A stretch of DNA of 57,321 nucleotides, counting the filler, from Sluysia triapertura (taxonomy: Eukaryota): the NCBI GenBank assembly GCA_046118255.1. It is 4 parts of 4 records of this genome, joined end to end, with 100 filler letters (N's around TTAATTAATTAA, not from the genome) between each part and the next. Parts side by side here need not be neighbours in the genome. Positions count along the whole stretch, not along the records: positions 23,472 to 35,217 come from JBJNIA010174254.1; positions 35,318 to 57,321 come from JBJNIA010236222.1; 2 more parts are not named here. The stretch is one strand, 5' to 3'. Below, piece by piece: positions 25,172-37,338 of the stretch. The translations under genes and the position numbers were made by a program. The notes below the pieces were generated by a model. That model searched no databases. It saw nothing but the letters and a program-made list of their open reading frames with translations, and was not told where the DNA came from. Positions within the stretch are counted from its first letter, which is position 1; the number at the start of each line of letters is the position of its first letter.

Positions 25172-26001
25172 TGTTATCATCACGACCCTCTAAAATCACA
25201 AAATTTTTTAAAATTATTTATAATTTTCCAATAAAGAAATTTTTTTTCAAAAAAAAAATAAAATTTCTAAAAAAGAAAATTCATTTCTAAAAATAGAATA
25301 GAAGCTTCTGTAATGTTCTAGAGCATTCCATCTATTTTCATTTGCTGATGACGAGTATGTGAACTAGCATCACTTTAATGAAAATCGCCATTTTGAAAAC
25401 ATAATTCAATTTATTAGTAGTGAGCGCCATTTTGAATTTATTACTCGTCATTCTATTACATCAGCTTCTACAAGGATTGGAATTTTAATCAAGTGAATTC
25501 ATAGTAAAACATTCGTTTCAGTTTCATCTATTCCATGAAACGATAAATTATATTTTGGTGGTTTTCTTAAATCAGAATCACAAAATTTGATCATTGTATT
25601 GTAAGGACCTCGATATATAGAGGGGAAACTTTCAATTTAAATTGAAAAGAAAGAAGATTAGAGATCCCTAAAAGATTTTAATCTTAAAATAATATTCAAA
25701 GTTTTGTTTTTTGTTGTTTTTATTGTATAAATTTTGTATTTTGAATTCTAGTTATTTTTACTCCTGCATTTAGTTTAATATAATTAAAAGTAATTGGGTT
25801 TTTCCATTGTGATATTTAAAGTTTTAAGACCCTCTTAAAAATCATTAAGTTAGGAACATGCTAAACGTAATTTTTAAGTGATTATAGCGATATTATTAAT
25901 TTAAGATTATAGGAACACAAACTATACGTTGTAAGACGTTTATTGTAATCAGACCCTGCTCAATTTAATTTTGCCGTAGGTTTAGTTTCAAGAAAAACAC
26001 A
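25172..26001 (+). mobile_element. Solo-LTR-like repeat, copy B
   Basis: TGT...ACA termini and the same ordered blocks as copies A and C. Confidence 0.8.
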
Positions 26002-28188
26002 TCATGAATGAAACACAATAAATTAGTCTTACTTTTAAATAATTTAAACAGATAATATACAATTAAAAATACAAATATATAAATAAAATACTAAATAATT
26101 ACACTAATACACATGTTAACATATTTTTAGACTTAACCTTACTTCATATTTAAAAGTTTTATTATGATTCTAAAATTATTTAGGCCCTCAATGACCTCTG
26201 GATATTTTCACCTTCATCACTCTGATTCAGGTTTCTACTTTTTTATATTAATTATTAATGTATCAAATTTATATTTATTATTAGTAATGTAACACACACA
26301 CTATATTTATATGTAAATATAATGAGTACACACACTGTATTTGTATTTAAATATATCGATTAATAGTAACAACATTATACTGATTTTATAATAAATATAA
26401 CACATTGTATTTTGAATTGATCACACACATTGATTTTATTGATATTTTTAATATTGATATTTTGGTTTTTATTACAAAATTTTATGATTTCGGAAATAAT
26501 TATTTATTTTAATTTATTATTAATTCAAATTTTATTTAAGTAATACTTTATATTTTTTATAATTTTTAAATTAACGTAATTATTATGTTAAAATTTTTAA
26601 AATTAATTTTATAGACTAACGTGATTATTATGATTATTTTAATTATTTTAAATATTTAAATGTTTTGTTTTAGTCTGACTAAAACAACTATATAAACAGC
26701 AACATTTTTGTAAATTTCTTACAATTCTTATTACGATTTTCATTACAATATTTTATAAGTATTATTAAAAGTTTTGTTTGGTATCTCCATGTGAATTCTG
26801 GTGTAATAATCATCGAAGATAGCTACTCATTCAAGATAAATTTTTGAACATAGATAGATTCTTTATACTTTGTTTTTAACTGCTCATTGAATAATTACGT
26901 TAGTTTAATTGTTATAAGTTCGATATTTATATGTCATACGTAAAATGCACCAAAATTATTAAATTGTTTTTTGGATCATATAGGAGATCCGTGGAATAAT
27001 CATTTCAAAAATTCTATTTATCAATAAACTAACTCACGAAAGTCCTTGCAAATTCATTATCATTATTATTTAACTAACGGTTGTATATTTTTAATCTATC
27101 ATTTTTGCATAGTTTAATAATAAAGTGTTTAGAATTAATTATTTAATTTTCATAGTTTTAACTTCTAAAAATCAACAGCTGTATTTGTTTTCAAAAAGCT
27201 AGAATTTAACACTAGAAACGAAAAATCTGATACAAAGATTCCATGTGAAGGAATTTAAGCAAAATCACCTAATAAATTTTATTAACGAATCTAATTTATA
27301 ATTTATTAATAATTCAAGCAAAAATTGTAGACAGTTACTAGAGTACCCAAGTTTTTAAAATCTTTTACAAATACCTTCGGGAATCACTATAGACTTTAAT
27401 AAAGCTTACCTCCAGATAGAATTAAGCATTAAAGTTTCCGAACATATTTCTTACTAGAATATTTGAGAATTTACTTTAATTTACAAAATCCAACGTCTGG
27501 CCCTAACTCACTTTGATAATTTTTTTATTCTATTACTTTTACTACTTTTTCTCACAGTAACAATAACTTCATTTCTCAAATATTTTAAAGATTTCAAATA
27601 CTTTATAAGGTTACTCATATACTTTATTTCAAATACTTTATAATGCTTATAAAGGTCTCAGGATACCCTAATACCTCTAGACGTTTTCCAAGCCCATCTC
27701 AAGTCTAATAAAGGTCTCGAAACCGTATAAAGGTCTTTGAAACTCTAAGGTACTCTTCACCTGTCAACATTACTGTAGATGTTTTCATCTTCATCGTTTA
27801 TTTTTTTTGTATAGATTCTTTCTCCAATTTCCAATTTCATATCTTCTTCACCAGTTTAATATTCATCAGTTTGGTAATTTCAACACCATACAAATTTTTT
27901 AAGTAAAAAATGGTTTTCAGGATATTATAAATCGTAAATATTTTATTTTAAAATATTCATTATATACGCAATTAATTAGCATTTTCATAAATTTACTGTT
28001 AATTCAAATAAATATATATTATTTTTTTAAATAAATCATTTTGTGATATATTTGTAACGCTGTTGCTAATATCATTACTTAAAACTTATCGGCGGTATTT
28101 TAAATTTTAAATTTACTTAAAGTAGTTATTGTGAATTGTATATTTTCTTTCAAATTTGGTTTATTTTACTATTTTTACTCAATGAAAC

Positions 28189-29571
28189 ATGGCTACAGGT
28201 TGGGTTTCTCAAATTTCAGGTCCAATCCCTGGTCATAAAATTTATGAACATACTGAAACAAAACCGTATGAAAAACATTATCCTCCGAAGTTAAATATCA
28301 ATGTTCAAGGAAAAGGATACTTGGGATCTTTTAGTAATCGTGGTAAGTCTACAGTTTGATGTTTAATAAATAATTTTGCAGAATTTTTTAATTAAACTTT
28401 TTTATCCATTTTTTTATATTTAAAATACAATTTAGTTTATATTGAAGCCTAACTGAAGATTAATCATTAACAAAGATTCATTCTAAAATCTAAGTCATCT
28501 TACTTTTTTAATGGTATTTTATTTTTATCTATCACCTAAAACTATAGTACTATATTACACTCTGCATTTTTTGTGTTATTCAGTATTTGTACAACCAAGT
28601 TTGAATTCTAAAAACAAAGGTGTACATTTCATTAACACTTTCTATATTTGCATGATCTTTGCTATTGATAAGATTTTTAAAATAAAGTATTTTCTCATTG
28701 CACTATTTTGACCACAGTTAAAAAGAAATAAAATTTTGGCAACCGTTCATTGCAATGAAATAGCTTTTGGTCATGCATGCTTTAGAAAAATCTATAATCT
28801 TGGATGGTTCAACAATTTATAAAACGTGAAATTTATGATAAAAATTCTTTAATCCTTTAACTGCAGAGGTCACAAATTTGCAAAAAAACCGTTTAGTTTT
28901 AATGTTCATATTGAGTTAATGAAAAGTATTTTATCATTATCATTATATTATATAAATCGATGTTACCACTCTTGTACAATTTAATGGTAGCTACCTAATA
29001 ATGTCCACAACTTATTTTGAAAGCTATCATAATCTAAAAACTATAATCTAAGTCATTTGGGTATGAGCTTTTATTCGTGTTTTAATTGTAATCAAAATAT
29101 TAATGTTCCTGTAAATTTGTTTTTTATTGAATATAGGTCATTAACCCTTAAATTCCCATGCATGGTCCTGTCAGAGCCTCGCTTAATTTAATTAGTTTAA
29201 TGATAAATATGAATATATTTTTATTATGATTAATACAATAAATTATCATGTGGTTCACTTTTTTAATCTTATTTCCGTGAAGACTGATAACGTTTTCTAC
29301 GTTTCTTAGGCAGATTTACTCGCTCAGGTATATGTTCTAATTTGATAAACACTTGGTGACAAGTAACGAGTTAAAATGCTTAAGCATGTAACTACAAATA
29401 GTTACAAATTTGCATGTCTGAAGTCCTTAAAAGACTACGCATTGGCATTTAAGAATTAAATCAATATTCAGAAATATTTTTACTGAATTGTAAAATTTAG
29501 TATTTTCTGTAGAATCATACAAAAAAATTTTTGATGATACACACCGTTTAAAAGTTACAAAGAAGATTTAA
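28189..29571 (+). CDS. Two-exon 70-aa hypothetical microprotein; exons 28189-28342 and 29513-29571 (MATGWVSQISGPIPGHKIYEHTETKPYEKHYPPKLNINVQGKGYLGSFSNRESYKKIFDDTHRLKVTKKI)
   Basis: aaacATGG start, perfect G|GTAAGT donor (phase 1), ttttctgtag acceptor in matching phase, coding-like composition. Confidence 0.65.
29145..29455. mobile_element. piggyBac-type MITE (~310 bp) in the microprotein intron
   Basis: TTAA flanks. TIR CCCTTAAATTCCCATGCATGGTC versus reverse complement TTCTTAAATGCCAATGCGTAGTC. Confidence 0.65.
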
Positions 29572-29938
29572 GATAGTATTCGGTCGAGAAAAATATTCCT
29601 CATTTTAAGAGTTAATGAAAACAGTAAATTAGTTGAATAATAAGTGTTTACTTGATATTTACGTTAAATTGTATCAATTAATATATCAATTATTATTCAT
29701 TAGTCCCTTGTTTTGTAATTCAAGCTATTGCAATGCTTTTTTTGCTTATATTTTGAATATCATATTTCCTAAAATTATTAGTCTAAAATTATTGTTTGTA
29801 TTTAAGTTTTGTTAAAAATAAAAACTTTCCTAATAAATTTAAATATTTTGAAAGTTATTTTTTAATCAATTTATTTTTAAGAAATTAAAAATTAAGTTTT
29901 AGTAAAAATAATTCCTCTTAAATTTGTAATAAAGAAAG

Positions 29939-30006
<68 letters not shown>

Positions 30007-32060
30007 TATTATTATTACAATAACTTTCTTGTATATTAAATTTATTCGAAATTTAATTAAAATAATCAAGAACAAAGTAAATTAAATTTGCAAATAATAT
30101 TTGTTCCTTATTTTTATTGATCTCAATATTATTAATATGTATCGTGAGAAATTAAATTTGCTTTCAACTCAGTACTAGTACTTTTTATTGTTATTAACCA
30201 AATAATACCAATTTAAAAGATTGTGAAACATCACAAATAAATTTATAATTTATTTATAACATTATAAATATTTATAACATTAAACTAACATTTTTATTAC
30301 ACTAACCAATTGTTATGTTTTTAATGTTTTCACATAAATAGGTTGGAATTATAGATTGTCGAATTATTGTGTAAAAATATGGATTATACTATAATTTGTT
30401 TTTAAGAAATAAAATTATAAATACTATTATAATTTAACAAAAACTTAATTAAAATAATCACAATACATTCCAAAGGCATCAAAAGGAGAAAAATAATCTT
30501 AGAGAAAATATAACATAAATAATACTTATTGCGATATCACAATCAAGAAATGTATTAAATTATAAATCTGAATTCTTTCAACATCTAAACAAATCTGTTA
30601 CTTCATATCCAATCACTCAAAATTTCATTTTCATATTTCTGTGCATTTTTACATCTTCTTCACCAAGGCTCAAATACTTTAATAGATTTTAAACACTAAT
30701 ATTAAATAATTTTATTATTATTAATATTGTTATTGTTTTGCAGTAGTACTCTTTATTTTCATTATTAATAAATAATATTAAGCCAATAAAACACTATTAA
30801 TTTTCAAAATAAATTCGTTTATTTACAAAAAATAATTTTACTATTCGTAAACACAATAAAAATATTATATCATTTTTATGGTAAGGTTATTAATTAAATA
30901 TATTTTAATGAAATTAAAAAATTATTTTTTAATACTAAAATACTCTCAGAAGATTTTATGAATAATAAAATAATAGAATAAAATTGTATATGAAATCAAT
31001 TCTTAATCAATTTTTCAAGAACAGTGTGATATAACAACAAATATTCAACGATCAAGTTATCCTTTTGGAATACAATTTGTGAACAAGGCATTCTTTTATG
31101 ATCAATATATGTTATATCTTACTTACGTAAGAATTAAAATACACTCAAATTATATTTTAGTTGTTACATCTAATTTTATTATAGCTTTAGAATCATACAA
31201 AAGTATTTTATGAATAATAAAACTTATATTTTAGCTGCGTTATTTTATATAAAAGACATAAGAACAACGATCATTAGAAGAGAACTTAGTAAGAAAAATT
31301 TTCTTTGACAAAGAGGAAGATGTGTCTCATTTAGATAAAAAGAAAGCGACAAATTAAGCTCAAAATATTAAGGCGACAGAAACAGAAAACAATTCTATTC
31401 TAGAAGAGACCCTCTGCACACATTTAAATAAATTAAATTACTATCGATACGTCTTTGACCAGGTATAAAACGTATCCTATAGGCGAACCCTAAGGAAATC
31501 ATTTTTGTAAATAATTTATCTGTAAACGTTATTATGATTATTAAAATTATAAATTATTATGCAAAATTAGTTTTAAAAATTTTTATTTTATAATTAGAAA
31601 AATTAAAAAATTAAAAAATTAAAAATAATTAAATTATTTAAATTATTTAATTCTTACAAAAAATTAATATTTTGTCAGCTGCAACAGCTCCATTATAAAA
31701 TCTTAATTTTAAAGAGAATTTATAAAGAAGAATTAGTTAAATTTTAGCTGTAACAGCTGTATAAAATAATAGACAAGTAATAAGAATTTTAGAATTATTA
31801 TACAACTTGTTTTCATTAAAAAGGAACTCAAAATTTTAGAGTTGGAATTTTTTCCAGTGGAGAAAATTTTCGGAAATTTTAATTGAATTTGATTTTTGTA
31901 AGTTTGTATTTATTAACTACAAAATATTACGCAAATTGCTAACTTATTTATGTTAGTTTAAACTAGCAATAAAATCAGCAATCGAAGGTCAGAAACCCTC
32001 TTCTGTCACAAGTAGTTATTCGTATTATAAATTTTTATTTAGCAATGTTATTTTTAATTA

Positions 32061-32879
32061 TGTTGGGTTGTCACCCTCTAAAATCATATTAAATGCTTTA
32101 AAATTATTTATACATCTCTAAAAACACAAAAAATATTTATTTTCCAAAAAGAAAATAAAATTTCTAAAAAAAGACAAAAATAGAACAGAGGCTTCTAGAA
32201 TGTTGTAGAACATTCCATCGATTTTCATTGGCTGATGACTAGTATATAAACTAGAATCAGTTTAATGAGAATCGCCATTTTGAAAACATAATTCAAATTA
32301 TCAGTCATCATGTGAAGTGCTTTATTGAATTTTTAAAAATTTGAAATTTTTTAGTTAATTAATTCAACATTTTCTTTATGCAACCAAGGATTTCTTCTCG
32401 TTCCAGTCTTTCCCATGAAATAGTAAACTTTTTATTGTAAGGCAATTTTGGTTTATTAAATCAGAATTTTAAAATAAACGTAAAATCTAAATTTTATCAT
32501 TTTACCGTAAGGATCTCGATATACTGAGGTCCCACAAAGATTTTAATCACAAAATAGCTATTCGATTTTTTGTTTTTTAGTCTTTAGAATAATTTTAATT
32601 ATTTTATAAATTTTGTTTTGAGTCTTGACTAATTTTAATGTTATATTTAATCAATATTTTAATAAACTTATTGTTGGTAAGTTTCTTGTTGTGTTACATA
32701 AATTGTAATGAAGACCCTCTTAGAAGTTACTATGTTAGAGACGTATTAAACGTGTCTTTTCGAGTAAATATAGTGAGATTATTAACTTAAAGATTCTAGA
32801 AACGTTGTGAGACGTTTACTGTTACCACACCTTACTAAATTTTGCATTTTGCCGTAGGTTTGGATTTAAGAAAACCACA
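32061..32879 (+). mobile_element. Solo-LTR-like repeat, copy C
   Basis: TGTTGGGTTG...AAAACCACA termini and the same blocks as copies A and B. Confidence 0.8.
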
Positions 32880-33326
32880 GCAGTTATTTATTTCTACTGA
32901 ATTCATAGATAATTAAAAGAATTATTCGAATTGTAAACAGTAAAGTCCACTAGGGTAGATATTACAATACGCATAATAAAACACATACAGATACGTCTAT
33001 AAGTTATTAGTGTACATCGTAAACTTGGGCAGACCCTTATATTCATTTTTGCAAAAGTTATAAAACATGTAAAATCTTTCATTTCGTTTATTAGTAAAGA
33101 AGAAATGTTGCAATTATTATTAATTTTACTATCAAATTATTATCAAATTTTATTATTTGTTTTATTATTTTTTTTTCGTTTTGTTTATATATTACTAGTG
33201 TTACACGTTAATAAACAATAAATTAATTGAAATAATTTGTACATCGGTTTATGTGAATAGTAAATGAATAGTGAATTTATGATTCACTTTTGAGGTATTC
33301 TACATTTTGTTCAAAATCTCGTTATA

Positions 33327-33539
33327 ATGACATTTCCAGTAATAATGATATCTGATGTCAAGTCTTTTGATGGTCAAGAAATAATCAAATATGGAAGTGA
33401 TAAAGAGTATGCCATCAAGGATGATTTGATTATCATTAAAAACCATGTGCGGGCTCCACATGCAATTGAAGGATATATAGAAGGCATATTTATTGTAGAA
33501 ACTATGATTGGAAACTATGAAATATATCGATATAATTAA
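33327..33539 (+). CDS. Intronless 70-aa hypothetical protein
   Basis: True ATG to TAA, balanced globular amino-acid composition, higher GC than the flanks. No recognised motif. Confidence 0.4.
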   Translation: MTFPVIMISDVKSFDGQEIIKYGSDKEYAIKDDLIIIKNHVRAPHAIEGYIEGIFIVETMIGNYEIYRYN

Positions 33540-35217
33540 ATTTAATTTCTATAAAATAATTAACTTTATTTGATTTATCATATTAGACTTATTATTATTT
33601 ATTAGATTTGAAAAGTACATAAACAAAACAATTGAATTTTAAATATTTCAATGAGAAATCATAAATTTAAAGCTAGTCAACTTAAATTTTATCTAATAAT
33701 TTTGTTTTATTTGTAAATAATAATATTATATTGTAAATTTAAAATTTTGCTTTAAAAATTTATGCGTTATTTCTTTGACTTTACTTTATTAAACTTTCGT
33801 CAAATTTAAATGTCTGAATACTGTTTCATACTTTATAAATTTTGTACCTACTTGAAAAACTCTTGTTCTTTATTATTAATTTAAATTTCTTTATGAATTC
33901 TTATAATATTCTAAACTTCTCTATTAATGTTATCACTTTATATTAAACTTAACTGGAAGCATGAATTAATATACTCGTCCTTGTTGTTCATGATAGCATT
34001 GCTTAATGAAACATTTTTTAACTCTTTAAATATTAATTAATTCTGAACTTTATTAAATCCTTCAGTAATTGCTTTTCCTTGTTTAATTGTCTCGACGTAA
34101 TTATGGGGCTCTACTATCAACCCCTTTAATTAACTTTATTTTAAAAAAATGCATAACAGTTACTAAATTCAAGAGGAATTTAAAAATATATAAGTTAATT
34201 TTATATTAAATCAAAGCAGTTAAAGTTATTAATTTCTTTAATTATGTTACACATATGATTAATATGCTTGTAATAATAAATTAATTAAATTAATACTTAA
34301 TTTTAATTCTTTATTCTTGAGGCTTTAATTTCAACTAAATGATTAAAAGTAAAACACAATTTAAAAATTTATTAACAAATTAATTTGAGAATTCAAACAA
34401 ATGAAATGATAATTATCTGATCAATAAATTAAATTTTAAATTTCTAGGTTTACGGATCGTATAAATGTGACTTAATTGAATTGTTGTAAATTATTTTCTG
34501 ATGGATTTGATGGTGTAAATCTCTGGTATATTTGAATGTCCTAACATCAAATTCCTTCGTCTTTTGTACAATATTAATGTTTTTACTTGTGATAAGTGTC
34601 TATTTTTATACTCGCAGTTTTTAATTTTGTCGCATATAAATATAAATTGTCAATATTAATCCATTTCAATATAAATTGTTAATAACTAATAATAATACCG
34701 TTCAGTATAAATGGTTAAATAATTTTATTCTGCAATAATAATAATGATCATCTAATTATCATTTTTGTCTGAATTATATATTAATATAATTTAATTTTTA
34801 CTGATTATTATTTTTTCTACTCTGCCCAATCTTAATTTAAATTAATTTGGATCTAGTTTTATGCCCGTAAAATTTGATTTTATACTGTTATTATTAATTC
34901 TCATTTTAAGATAATATTTTTGACCATAATAGTAAGATTTAATATTTATAAATTCTAATTTCATATTAACTTTAAAGAATCTAACTTTAAAATATTTATT
35001 TCTACATTTTCGCTCTAAATTTAATTATTTATTATTAAATTTTAAATTTATATAGACTTGTAGTGGCCAACTCCGTAAGTTAAGATTGAAAATAACTCTA
35101 CAGAAATAAAATTTATCACAACCATACTCTACAACTACACTCACCACACAATTCATCACATAAAACAACAATACACAATCATAACACTTTTCCAACTCAC
35201 ATTCACCAACGAAACAA

Positions 35218-35317
35218 NNNNNNNNNNNNNNNNNNNNNNNNNNNNNNNNNNNNNNNNNNNNTTAATTAATTAANNNNNNNNNNNNNNNNNNNNNNNNNNN
35301 NNNNNNNNNNNNNNNNN
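35218..35317. other. Artificial assembly spacer
   Basis: N-run + TTAATTAATTAA + N-run. Confidence 0.97.
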
Positions 35318-37338
35318 TATAATAAATTAAATAATAAATTAAAAGAATAATGAATTAAGAAGTCATTTAATAAATACAAAGTCAATTAATAATTAGAAAT
35401 GCAAAAAAATTCAAATATTTATCTAAATTTTGACCTTCAAGGTTATTTTTGTACGATATAAAACAAGAATTTTAGAAAACTTTTCACGCAAGAAAAATTT
35501 AAATCGTTGATCATTAATACTTCGTTTTAATCATTAATCACTAAAACGTTAGAATCAACTCAGTTAATTCATCGACGGAAAACTATTGAAAAGAATCCAG
35601 ATCTTCCTTTATCGTACCGTTGGTTTAAATTTATATATATAAATTAAATAATACTTTTGATGATTAATTGACTTTTCTAAAGTGAAATACTTCTTGTTAA
35701 GAAACAAGACCATTTATATATCGTAAAACTTTATGAAACTCATGATTATAATAATGTTTATTGTCATACTTTTACACATTCGAGCAGTATTGTAAAATTG
35801 CGCTTCAATCATTTTATAAAAATTATAAAACTAAAGTAGAATTGACTGACAAGACGTAAATTCTAAAATTAGAAGAGCAAATGTTAGTAAATCGATTCAC
35901 TTAATAATGTATTTTAAATCTTAAATATTTCTTACTTTATGTATACTTATGTACATGTGCATGTCTCTCTTGTTACATTTATTAGTATGTTATTATTGTT
36001 ATTTTACATGTTTGAGTATTTGTGCATATACATATCTATCTCATAATATTGTCCAAGTTGTCTAAAACAAGCTATTCTTCATAATATTTCTGAAAGAGAA
36101 AAATATTATCTAATTTTGCTATATGTATGCCTTGAGAGTCTACATAATAAGTCACTTCTTAACTTCTCGTTATAATTAATATTTATTCTTTTACAATGAT
36201 TTAATTTATCCTACTAGTATTCTCTCAGTCTTATGAAATAAAATGGTTACTAAAATTATTCAACTTATATTAAAAAACCTTATCAACATATTCGTATTTC
36301 TATAATTGTCCTAACTCCCTAATGGAGTTTACAATTCTCATTTATTTAACAATTTCTTATTTGAATTCTATTTATCTTAAACGCTATTTGTTTTTTGAAT
36401 TTTAACTTTCTATCTGAAATCTTGATATTTCCAATTTCTAAAGATTCTTAAAAATTCAAATTAATAACAAATTTCTTGTTAACTTATTTATATCTTTAAA
36501 TCAATTTACAGCTTAAGCATTTATAAATCGGCTATTAACTTCTTTATATCTTTAATTGATTATCATAGACAAAATTCACTTTGCGGACTAAATATTTATT
36601 ATACATAGCACGATAAAATAGAGAATACATATAAAGACAAATATACACGAAATTCCCTATTATGAACAAGTATGCATTAAGATTATATTTTTTATTAACA
36701 AAAATATTATTTCTAAAAATTCCTTTATTTATTTTTTATCAAAATTTTAAAAAAATTTTATTTCTACGTTAATGTAGATTCAACAATGATGATATTTGAG
36801 TAATAATTTGTATTTCCATTAATAACGGAAATTAACTTACGAGTATGATATAAAAATGTTTTCGGAATATTTTGCGAGATTAATGAAACCTTCTGCAAGA
36901 TCATGTGACTCAAACTAGGACATTGATTAATTATAAACTATAAAAATATATACATTTGAGTTTCTTCTATCAGACCTAACCTACATCTTATAGGTAACAT
37001 CAGTTAAGTTTGAACATAAACTAGCCTATAAAATTTACCCACTGACGTTTAAAGTTAAATATCTACTATAAAAAGAAACACTTATCTTTATCACAATTGA
37101 AGTTTCTTTATATTTAAATAAGTTAACTTTTGGTAACGCATTTATAATTATATTTCTATTTTCTAAAATTACAGTTTTACTATTAATTCTCAAGAAATGC
37201 ACTTCTCGTTTTTAATTTATCGTTCTCAAAACAGAATTTGAAACAAATTTACGAACAAAACATATATTTATATAACAGAAAGAATCGATTTTATTTATAA
37301 AATTTAATGACAATTAATTCAATAACATATACTAAAAT

